This document shows, piece by piece, positions 52,748 through 64,000 of a DNA stretch of 64,000 bases. The notes below the pieces were generated by a model. The model was not told the origin of the DNA, made no database searches, and saw only the letters and a program-made list of their open reading frames with translations. Origin of the DNA: Octopus vulgaris (taxonomy: Eukaryota). The position numbers and the translations under genes are program-made. The DNA lies in the NCBI GenBank assembly GCA_951406725.2, contig OX597816.1:143282001-143346000 (forward strand), given 5' to 3'. Position 1 is the stretch's first letter, and each line of letters begins with the position of its first letter.

Positions 52748-53459
52748 CAAGTGAAACCAAACTCGCAATAAATCTTGTCACGTTTTCGCACCAGACTTCT
52801 GGCACGTCTCATATAACTGTCACTGGAAGATAATTCCTTCGCAGTCAACAAAAGTAGGGATTTTCAAAACTTCCTTTATATATTTCATATTATAAGCAAC
52901 AGTTCCCCAAACTGTAATTAAGAGATAACATATTATCCACAGTTATTTTTATGATATGTCTTTAAAATATATAATAATACGATAACAACAGGTTCAATTC
53001 TTATAGCTGCTGCACACTGACAAACCAAGTTTGAAAGAAAAGATCTGCTATATGCAAAGAATTATGACCTTTATACGATCAGGATTAAGTGGCGCTAATT
53101 AACATAAACTGCTAATTTCGATAACAAGCATGGTCTACAATTACTAAGCCCTGTACATTTAAATTGTTAATTCTTTTCGAGTTCGTCGAAAATTTTACAC
53201 CTGTAAATATCTTATCCCTACAGCATATATTAAAAACATAGCGTGTATGACCGTTTCTATTTATATATAACAAGTTGGACAAAAAAGGCCTACATAGCTA
53301 TCTAAAAATATCAATGCAGTAAAATAAATTCTTTTCACTTTTCTAGAGTTTTCCATAAGAAAAACAAAAAGGAAACTTATTCTCTACACATAACTGAAAT
53401 AGGCACACTATAATAATTTATATAGTTATATATATAACTAAACGGGTTACTATAAATGA

Positions 53460-53780
53460 TGTCTTGATTACATTAGTAAAATTAATTACTTTTCAAATCG
53501 GTCTAGTTAAGCAATCCGTCGTTTCCGGGTGTAATTTGCCATGATGTCATCGTATTTCTAAGTAGATAGACAGGTGTAGTTTTCACATTATGTTCTCAAG
53601 GTCACCATGGAATGACAACGAAAACTACGAAGAGTTGTGTGTGACAGAAAAGTTGCGAGAAACCGTGATATCCCATTCCCGAGGATACAATGAGTGTAAA
53701 TGAATTGGTTACTACGGGGAAACGAAACCGTAACGTGAACATAATTCGCCGGTTGATTACCTTTTATTGCTACGCAACAC
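53460..53780. promoter_or_regulatory. Putative promoter / non-coding first exon region of KICS2
   Basis: Local CpG enrichment in non-repetitive sequence upstream of the gene, an ETS-like CCGGAAAC on the minus strand (53521-53528), ACTAC motifs, and a candidate minus-strand donor AAA|GTAATT at 53489. Inference only. Confidence 0.35.
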
Positions 53781-55731
53781 TCGCTTCATAAATATTAAAA
53801 TTTCAATCAAGTCAAACAGCTGCGCTGTATAAATAGGCCTGACAGAAAATGCAGAAAAGGCTTTCGAAATAGCTGTCACGAATAGAATTTTTCTTTTCGA
53901 CATCTTATAGTATCCCACATTGCAAAACATTTGTATATCGGTTCTTAAAATTTTTTTTTCCAACAGTCTCAGCCAACTCTACCAGCTTTCCGAACAGCTT
54001 CCACGATTAAATTTTTTCTTCTTTTTCGTTATTTTTCTTCATTTAATGGTGTTCCACAGTCTAAAACACATCTGATAGACTTGTAAATTAATTTTTTTTT
54101 TTCAAAGAATCAATTTAAAAAAAAAAAAATTCCTACTCCCTCTCTATCTTTCATCTTGAAATTACCGGTACCATTTCAGTCTTGTTAAAAAATGGAATTT
54201 TGAAGAATATTTTTTTAATCTTTTGTTCCTACCACCATCCACTTTTTTGTGGAGGTCGGGGGAGGGTTCAAACTTCTGCCATTCTGTAGACAATTTTTTT
54301 TCTATACGACATGAAAATTAAATGACGATAAAAAAATTATTAAGACCTACCTATTTAACCAGTTCAAGTTCGACATCAGCTGATAGTGAACTTGAACGAC
54401 TTTTTTTCGATTACGATGTGGACAAGAAAAAAATGATTTCCCTGTCAACCCAAAGAAATATTTACTGAGAAAACGTTGAGATAGAAATGAACATAAATTC
54501 CATGAAATTCTATTTTACATAACATTTTTTTCATTTCCCCACACAAGACAATAATAATAATAATAAAGATGCTTGCGACCACCTGTTTGTTGTTATGCAC
54601 GAAGAGAAGAAAAAGCAAGAGATTTTTGTGGTCCCATTATACTTTTCTGCAATTAAAAGTATAATTTTTTGTATTTCAAACAGCTGAAATTATCGTTTTA
54701 TAGGTACTACTATCGAAAGTACTCCCTGCGAGAACATACTTCACAACGCTACAGAAATTCACATTTCTTCGTTTCCTTGGTGAGCTAGGGTTCATTACTT
54801 TCTTGTACGTGAGTCGAACCATCTTAATGGGTGGGGGGGTCGTTAAAGTTCGCCATCAACTAATGGCGAACTTTAACTGGTATGGTAATTCTTTTAATTT
54901 CATTAAATTAAATTTTTATGTCATGTTGAAGGCTTTTCAGAATGGCAAAAGTGTGGAAATAAAATGTACTTTTGGGGTGAAAAGAAAGATTAATTAACAC
55001 ATGGTAAATATTATTCTTAGCAGCAACCATTGCGCAGCTTGAATTCATTTACACTTTGTCATATAAAAAAAACGGTTCTACAGAAGATTGTAAAAATAGG
55101 TCGCTAGCGATGGTGGGAAAGATGTTAAAAAATGGAATTTTGAAGAAAAAATTATTTTTACCAAATATGGAAAGCTACATACGAAAGTCGCTATATTTAT
55201 TTGCTTTAAATTAGGTATCAGTTTGTTTGGCGGCCGTGTAAGATACTTCTACTTTGGTATTGAGATTAGTTTATTTGGCATAAGTGATTGGGGGGGGGAT
55301 ATCAGCAGTCTTCGAGTAGTTTTAACTTTTTGGAAAGAAGGGACGTAACTCAACGGGAGCATAACGCTGCTGCATTTTACATTACAAAAATTCTAGGATC
55401 TAAGAAAAAATTATTCTACAGAAGAAAATATCTTTTAGGAGGTAAAATTATTACGAGAATGTTCGTTATTCAATACTTTCTTTCAGTGTTAGATGTACTA
55501 TATTTGAACATTTTCAAAACGGTGCTGGATTTGCCCTTTACTCAAGGGTGCTAAGATTGTCTTCCGAAAAAATGTATATAATCAACAAGCCATGTCTTCA
55601 TATTTTTGTATGAAAGACAAGTATTCGCTAATAAAAGTCCATCAATGGGGCCCGTGATGCACAATTACACCACAAGAATACCTGATTCGTTTTTGTAACG
55701 TAAAATAAGGCCATTTTTCAAAAGAAGCGAG

Positions 55732-55917
55732 GGTACTATTTAAGAAGAGTGGTCCTGGTGCGCACATCCGCGCTAGCTAGTCGTGACTAGTCGATCTTTA
55801 CTTTATGTTTTTGTTTTAAAAAATTATTTACTTTGCTAGGTAGTCGTTGTAGGATCGACTAGTCACGACTAGTAAGCGCGAGTGCGCGCACCGGGACCAC
55901 TCTTCTTAAATAGTACC
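55732..55917. mobile_element. MITE with ~65-bp TIRs and 8-bp TSD, Merlin-like termini
   Basis: Left arm GGTACTATTTAAGAAGAGTGGTCCTGGTGCGC...CTAGTCGTGACTAGTCGATC is mirrored on the right; perfect GAAGCGAG duplication at 55724-55731 and 55918-55925. Confidence 0.85.
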
Positions 55918-58900
55918 GAAGCGAGTAGGAAATTGGTTTGTGGATTGGGTTCAATCTCAGCAACAATTCGTTTGTTTGGCACCGGCCGGCATTTTTCTCG
56001 GTACCCCCCCCCTCATCCCCAAATACTATCCGGCTCTCTTTTTACTTAACTGTCAATCACAACGAACTGGCTTCAATATTCTTCCAGTCCAAGAAGGTTA
56101 AATAACTTTTTAAATGAGAGAAATTAATCCTCTTTTTTCATCGCAGCCGGAGATTAAATTAGAGAAAAAGGGAAAATGCCATTCATCGAATATTACGAGT
56201 GCATTGAAACGTTAAAAAAATAGAATTTGTTCTCAACCACCAAGAACTCATACGTTTTCTTATTTGGACTTGTGCTAGTTAGTCAAGATCTTAGTCCCCT
56301 ATTTCTCTTAGTCTGAAGTTCCATTCAAGACTGAATCCTGAAGAGAAATTAGTGATCCAATCTCTTCTTCACACTTGTTGCTGGACAAGGTTCTAACCTT
56401 GATTTTCTTCTCTTTTTTTTTTTCCATTTTATAATCTTACTCACCGAGTCAAAAGCCCCTTCCAAGTATGTACTACACATTGTGTGGTAAATACAAATGT
56501 TCTTACAGAACAGTAATAGCACCCTTAGTATTTTCAGTGAACGCATGGGTGAACTGGTTAAACCTTTCAGCAGCGATTTGAGATACTCGAATCCGTCTAT
56601 CAGAATCGCAAAGACTTATTCTTCGACTGTTCTTCATCTTTATATGCATAAACATATCATTTGAGATGCAAAGAACGGCACTCTTCGTGACAATTGGCTG
56701 TCGGATTGCGACAACGAACATCATTGCACAGATCAGAGTGCAGTATATGGAAATACAAGAGAAGGTGGTGGGCTTTGTATTATGCTATTAATCGGTGAGC
56801 ATTTTGTTTATCCTGTCACTGAAGACACATTTAAAAGGCTGATTCGAACCACAAAGGGGGCATTTCGCAGCATACTGATTAAGTCTCATGATAAAAGGAT
56901 TCCAGTATCTTGCTGCTACAACAATAGTAATCACAAAGATTAAATTTTGCAAAGAACCAAAGAAGAATATTTCAAAATATGCATATTCAACAAATTTTTT
57001 AAGAGAACAATGTTTATATAAAACATTTGATAATATTTATCCAATGTCGCAGTGATTACTTTAGATTGAGTTGTTTCTTTTAATATCTATTCATATTTTG
57101 ACTTCTTTCTGTAAAGATGTCAAAACAAAAATTTCTACACAAACTTCCGAAGAGTCTGGATAGACATTAAAAGCATTTGAAACGTTATTTGTTGCTTTAG
57201 AAAATTTAATGACGTTCGTGTCCAATATTTTTTAATATCTTCTTTTATATTAATTTTGTTATGTAAAGAATAAATTCAAAGACTAATATCAGTTCAATTT
57301 TCCTTCTGTAAAAGAAAAAGTTACCAATCTGTGGTTTAGTACTAAAAAGTGGGGAATTAAGTAACAGGGATAAGGAATTTCTTGAGTTTATGCTGAAATT
57401 GACCCAGTCAGTTGGTATTTAGCCTTGGGGTGGCCGTTCCATCTTCATTGCATAATTTCACTATTCCATTCTTTCATGTGTTGATTGTCCCATCTATGTT
57501 TAGCCCCTTGTGGGTAATAAATAAATCAGTTGGTATTTAGCCTTGAGTTACTCCTCTGGGCATTATTATACTTTAGATCATTTTTCCTAATTTAATCTTC
57601 CGTCACAAAAAAATTGGTATCATCTCTCATTTTAATAAATTATTTTACCCGGATAGGGCGATATAAGACCTCTTCAGACAAAAACAAATTGTATCTCCTA
57701 GTGGTTGGTAATTAAATAATGGATTTGATATTCGCTTTTTTTTTTTCTTCATTTACCGAAAAAAAACCGATAGGTTCCAAACAAGCAAATTAGTGCCAAG
57801 ATGGAACCCAGTTCACAATTATAACCGAGTGTAAGCTAAAATTTTGCTCTCTCCTTTCAGGATATTGAATTTATCTTGATTTTAAAAATGAATTAAATAA
57901 GCGGTACAATAGTCTCGTTGATTGATTACTAAAAATATAGATACAATGGCTTTTTGAATGTCTTTTTTATTGGAAGACAACACTTGACTTTTGACTAAAA
58001 GCAAAATCCTACACTGTGTTAGAATTTTTTAGCTATAATGAATCTAAAACTACATTAATGTATTTTCCCTTTTGTAAAGTCTCTAGGGTAGATATAAGCT
58101 ATAAAGCAGGTCAATTGACAATGTTAGATTCTCATTGGATCGAGAAGGATTTTGTTTTTACAGTATTGAAGAATCAAAGAATTGGATGAACATTCTCGTA
58201 ATAATTTCTATTATTTTACCTCATAAAAAATGTAATAATTTGTTTTATTTCATTTCACCCAAGAAAGTAAATGCAAAACGTTCTAAACGAGTTATGTCCC
58301 CTCACCCTAAAGGGAAAACTTAAACTGACAGTTGTCCGGTCGCATACCCACCCAAATCCTTTAAGCAACAAAATCTAAACGCAACACTTGGAAAGAAATC
58401 TTATGCAGCTTTACATTGTTAGTTGACTCTACATATAAATAAAATTCATTATATATAAATCATAAGAAGTTGTATGTATTTAATCTAATCACAGTTACAA
58501 ACATTTCTATATAGAAAAAAAAAAGGAAAGTATGATGCAATGAAAAAAAAAGGAATATATTTTTTACTGTACATGCGTATCAAATCTATACATTCGTATC
58601 TGGTAACAAAAAAAAAGGTCAAAATCTACTAAGAACAATTCAGAAAAATTGAACCTAAAGTCCTCAAAAGTTCAAATCTTATATGTTTATGACAAAAGTA
58701 TGAAACAGGCACCCTGTTCCTCACCGCAAAAAAAAAAAATCACTTCAGATTTGTGTCTTCAACCGGGAATTGCAATTTTCCAAAAAAAATCTAATTTTTA
58801 GCACAGTCCTCCCCAAATGCTTTGTTTGTAAGAAAAAATATTCTTCTTTTAGGGGAATTCTTTATATTTAGAAATACGAAGATTACGTTTATTCTGAATT

Positions 58901-61149
58901 CTTTTTATTCTCAAGATTTCACTTATTTTAATGCTCATAGCTTACAATAATATTCCTTTCATTTTTTAATTTTAAACAAAAAGAATGTTGAAACGCAATT
59001 TATCGAGAGTATTTTTTAATAAAGAGGAATTTTGCTATAAAATTACTCAACTTATAAAGTTGGGGGTGTAAGTTAAAAGAATCGGAAGTGACATCTGAAG
59101 AATCTAGTAGAGCTTTCTTTGTCTTTAAATTGTTTAACGTGAATTTTTAAGTTTACCAGATAATTAAAGCGAAGTACAAAATATTTAATGCCTAAAATGA
59201 AAGAAAGAGTTTACTTTCAAGTAGAAATAAAATGCAGTACGCTTGCCTTCATGCTTCTCAACTGATATAAATTCATTTAAACAAAGTTGTGCAATGCTAT
59301 AAGAAAATACCATATCTCAGTTAAAAAATGAAAATTTTTAATCTTCTGTTTTCAATTCTTAAATGAACCACATCAAATATTATGCTGAAATACTATCGTT
59401 GGTAATATCTTCTATTAAGCAATATGAGAAAAGTCATTACGTTGTTGCTCGATCTGCTAGTAATAGCAGCCAAATAACTTCTCATCATACTGCCGTCTTA
59501 AAAAATAGGACACGTTAGACTAGATGAAATTCTAGATATACAGAAAGTCAAGTCTTAATTTGAACACCCTCGATCAAGGCTGACCAGTGGCTAAACAACA
59601 ATCTCGACGTTTAATGTAGGTAAAATGGCTGTCTGAGAAGATATTTTTCCTGATTGTAAACTAAATATTTCAGGTTATTGATCTGGCTTCTTAAAAGAAT
59701 GAGTCTTGCTAATAAAGATTGTAATCTTACCAATACTTCTTTAATGATACACATTTGTATTCAATGGTACTACGGTTGCGGCCGTTGTTCAACCACTGGT
59801 CAAACTCGATCGAGCATAATGAGCAAAAGCATTCCAACCGTGGCCATCCTGTTATTTTCTTATGTTCAAGGAACTTAGGTCCATATTATTCAAAGTATGC
59901 TTGTTAGGATGTGATTTGATGGAAAATTGACAGTTGTGTCCACCAATAGGTAACATTATTTACGAACTAGGTAACAACACTGATGCCTAACACCGTGCAA
60001 AGTGCAGTATGTGATCTTAATGACGAAGTTTCTAAGACAGAAGCAGATGAAATAGTATTCTAAACTCACAGCATATTATAAGTACTCCAAGCATTACACT
60101 ATACTGTTCTATATTACATTGTGTTATACTTCGCCACTATATATTACCTTCAAAAAAATTATCCCAAAATCACATCCTACAGCCTTTAAAATGAGAACGT
60201 AATAGATATTGTAGTCTTATACACCCCTAAAAGATGAGATGATCATGACTGAAATACTTTTAATCGTATGTCTACTCTGTCAACATAGAGGGAAAGACAT
60301 TGAGTTTCGACGTATTCATGCTTGATCTGCTAACAATAACAAATTGCCCTCAAATAATACACTACCACCTTCAAGAAATATTTCCGAACATAGGTAAAAT
60401 AAATGGATAGTCATAAATAGGAAGACCTTCAAGAGAAGAAGTGTTCGTTCAAAACTGACTCAAATTAAACAATCACCTCAATATTTACGAACACGATAAT
60501 TATGACGATTTCCCTTTCAGAATGAAGACAAATATTTAGTGTATTTTTCATAAGTGAATATAAAAGCAAAACATATCAGTAATTAATTCTTGAATAAAAA
60601 CATAGTATGACATAAGCTTATCAATATATTATATTTATCGAATAACAAATTGTTTTCAATTAGAAAACTACACAGTTCGTTAGTCAATAAAAGAAATGAT
60701 AAGCTATATCTACCTGGTGTCACACCCAAAAATGGAAGGCTATATATATATATTCCTCCATACATTTGGCAGGAAAAAATTAGAAACGTCTAGAAAATCT
60801 TTAATGGTATTTCTGTTGGCATGGGTTGAACACTCCGTTGGTAATTAAAAAAATTTAACTGTGCAAATTGAAATGTTTAGCTACGTGAAATATTATCATA
60901 TTTACAACTAATAAATTTAGAATACCGGCGAAATACAAATTTCCATAATTCTCAAAGGAAAAAAGTTTACGGAAGTGGGGAGAAAGCGCTATAGGAGTCA
61001 TGAGACATAAGTGCTGATAACAATATAGCGTGGAACTGTTAAAGCAAAGAAAAAGAAGAGAAATTCAAAGTTATGTGTGTGTGTACACGTTGGCAAAAGA
61101 TAACCATCCCCAAGTATAACAATATGGCGAAGTTTCGCATGTCGTAGAT

Positions 61150-62186
61150 CAGATTTCCGTCGATTTCCGTAAAAAACTTTTATTTTTTTACATAAGTAAT
61201 GAGAGCGAAAGAGACTAAGAGGAAGCGATTTTACGACGAGAAGGTTTCACTTTGAAGTAGGCCTGTGTGTGTTTGATGGGGTGTGGGAGACAGACAGTAT
61301 GTTGTGTAAGTGAAGTGCTTCTGTTAGTGTGTGTGAAGAGACAGAGAGAGTAATGTGTGAAAGAGAGAGATAACTGATTTTTTACTCGGTGTATGTGTAT
61401 ATGTATGTATGCATGTATGTGTGTGTGTGTGTATGTATCTATGTATGTGTGTGTGTGTAAGTATGTGTGTGTGTATGTATGTATGTGTGTGTGTATGTAT
61501 CTATGTATGTGTGTGTGTATGTATGTATGTATGGCCGATTCATAGTAATTTTTTACTCGGTGTATGTGTATATGTATGTCTGCATGTATGTGTGTGTGTG
61601 TATGTTTCTATGTGTGTGTGTGTGTGTGTAAGTATGTGTGTGTGTATGTATGTGTGTGTGTGTATGTATCTATGTATGTGTGTGTGTAAGTATGTGTGTG
61701 TGTATGTATGTATGTGTGTGTGTGTATGTATCTATGTATGTGTGTGTATGTATGTATGTATGGCCGATTCATAGTAATTTTTTACTCGGTGTATGTGTAT
61801 ATGTATGTCTGCATGTATGTGTGTGTGTGTATGTATCTATGTGTGTGTGTGTGTGTGTAAGTATGTGTGTGTGTATGTATGTATGTATGTGTGTGTGTGT
61901 ATGTATCTATGTATGTGTGTGTGTGTATGTATGTATGTATGTATGGCCGATTCATAGTAATTTTTTACTCGGTGTATGTGTATATGTATGTCTGTCTCTT
62001 CACACATACTAACAGAAGCATTTCACTTACACAACATACTGTCTGTCTCCCACACCCCATCAAACACACACAGGCCGACTTCAAAGTGAAACCTTCTCGT
62101 CGTAAAATCGCTTCCTCTTAGTCTCTTTCGCTCTCATTACTTATGTAAAAAAATAAAAGTTTTTTACGGAAATCGACGGAAATCTG
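61150..62186. mobile_element. Foldback-like element: ~196-bp near-perfect inverted arms around a compound tandem repeat
   Basis: 61150-61345 is the reverse complement of 61991-62186 with about 3 mismatches by eye. The interior has (TG)n/(TGTA)n blocks punctuated by GGCCGATTCATAGTAATTTTTTACTCGG at 61533, 61762 and 61945. Confidence 0.8.
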
Positions 62187-62511
62187 TGCTACTACAACCG
62201 AAACTATGGAATCCTGTGAGTCTGGTAGACGGAAACTGAAAGAAGCCCGTCGTACATGAATGTGTGTTACTGTTCCCTTGCCTTGACATCGCGTGCTAGT
62301 CACTGGAATGTAAACGGTGTCATTCGCTTCGAATATTCTGTGAAAAACATGTCTAGTCATAGAGACATATTACCTGATTTGGAAACAGGTGAGAGGTTGG
62401 CGACAGGAAAGGGCATCCGGCTGTAGAAAATCTAACTCAACAAATTCCATTCAACCCATGAAAGCATTGAAAAATAGGCGTTAAAACAATGATGTATGTA
62501 TATATATATAT

Positions 62512-62876
62512 AGGCGCAGGAGTGGCTGTGTGGTAAGTAGCTTGCTTACCAACCACATGATTCTGGGTTCATTCCCACTACGTGGCACCTCGGGCAAGTG
62601 TCTTCTTGGGCTGACCAAAGCATTGTGAGTGGATTTGGTAGACAGAAACTGAAAGAAGCCCGTCATATATGTGTGTGTGTGTCTATGTTTGTCCCCCCAA
62701 CATCACTTGACAACCGATGGTGGTGTGTTTACGTCCCTGTAACTTAGCAGTTTGGCAAAGGAAACCGATAGAATAAGTACTAGACTTCCAAAGAATAAGT
62801 CATGGGGTCAATTTGCTTGACTAAAGGCGGTGCTCCAGCATGGCTGCAGTCAAATGCCTGAAACAAGTAAAAAAGA
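62512..62876 (+). mobile_element. tRNA-derived SINE family B, near full length
   Basis: A/B-box-like head, ACCTCGGGCAAGTG core, internal (TG)n, conserved tail. Partial copies also near 7155, 29090, 30780-31580, 32150, 37730 and 63587. Confidence 0.85.
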
Positions 62877-63414
62877 ATACATAGTTTATATTTTAGAGAC
62901 AGGTTTTCTCTACATAAAGAAACACTTCGAAGTGCTCAAGAGATTAAATGTATGTGTGTGCACACGTGTGTATGCGTGTATATGTCCAAGCGCTGAATCT
63001 TAAAGGCCACCTAAGAACAATCGTATGTGTAACCAACCATGAAGAACAAATCAGCAGTACAAGAAATAAAATACCAATTCCTTTAAAACAGCAACCACTT
63101 TAACAGTACCAGAACCACCATCCCACTACATCTACAAATTCAAAGCAGTTTGCCCACAAAACACCCTGATTAGCTCAGTGACTACTACTAAATTCAAGCC
63201 ACAATAGAATGTTCTTGAAGCCAAGGATTTTAAACTTACTGAGACAATATTTACATATCAGCTGAGGTGACACAACTAGATCTCATAATGCAGGGAAACA
63301 GTTGCATAATCAAGTACCTGCACACCTGGAGAACTACATTGCATCGAAATAATTGTAGTGATTAAAAAGTAAATGTCCAACCATACCCCTTCTTGTTGAT
63401 TTCAATTTTTTCAA

Positions 63415-63535
63415 TTATATATGTATGTGTGTGTGTGTATGTATGTATATATATATGTGTGTATATATATATATATATAGATATATTTATATATAAAAAT
63501 GTGTGTATATAGATACGTGTATATATATATAGATG

Positions 63536-63587
<52 letters not shown>
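63415..63587. repeat. (TA)n/(TG)n compound microsatellite
   Basis: Read directly. Confidence 0.95.
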
Positions 63588-63590
<3 letters not shown>

Positions 63591-64000
63591 GACACTTGCC
63601 CAACAAGTCATGCAGTGGGACTGAACCTGAAATCACATGGTTGGGAAGCAAACTTTTTTCAACCAATACCTGCACTTAGCTGTGTCAAAATTCTGTTATT
63701 TCCTCTTAAACTCAGTTGTTATACATGTTTCTCCACATTCCTTCTCATCTCTTTCATCTCAAAGGCTTCATACCAACCAGTTAACATTTTCTTGCTCATA
63801 ACTGAATTTCTCTGCAACTTCCTTTCTCTTCATATCTTCTGCCCTACTGCAAACTTATAAACATTTCACATTAATCTCCCTAAAAGACCCTCTTCAGTCA
63901 TAAATGACCATGGGATTGCACTTACAAAGATACCTTCCGAGGTACAAGTCTGGACAAGGTTGTTTATGGAAGAACAGCAGTCACCCATACACACTAGCCT

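Noticed and set aside
56349-56800. Overlapping short ORFs with a minus-strand GTGAGT donor at 56444
   Set aside because: No coherent protein. Plus-strand remnants (WLSD...GNTREGGGLCI) look more like a decayed LINE endonuclease, though a UTR exon cannot be excluded.
61409-62121. Cys/Val/Met-rich ORFs and CRISPR-like regularly spaced repeats
   Set aside because: The ORFs are TG/TGTA microsatellite translations. The spacers are low-complexity and similar to each other, the context is eukaryotic, and there are no cas genes.

Overview
AT-rich, repeat-dense eukaryotic genomic DNA. The SINE/LINE families and microsatellite load look like an octopus (coleoid cephalopod) genome; this is an inference from remembered repeat families, not a database hit. 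One protein-coding gene can be built by hand on the minus strand: an orthologue of KICS2/C12orf66, a KICSTOR subunit in amino-acid sensing upstream of mTORC1. It has 9 core coding exons from ATG 42268 to stop 7903 (453 aa) with consistent splice phases. Two details of the gene stand out. Intron 3 (35196-33172) is a U12-type GT-AG minor-spliceosome intron. An in-frame 84-nt phase 0/0 candidate cassette exon (28610-28527) has no counterpart in the vertebrate protein as I recall it. The rest of the window is mostly mobile DNA: a complete but dead mariner, three SINE-like families, RTE/CR1-like LINE fragments, hAT-like and Merlin-like MITEs, a ~1 kb foldback element, microsatellites and a probably artefactual 100-N gap. 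Most ORFs in the supplied track are spurious. I found no convincing evidence of a wholly new biological system; the best leads are the splicing features of KICS2 and the unusual non-autonomous elements.
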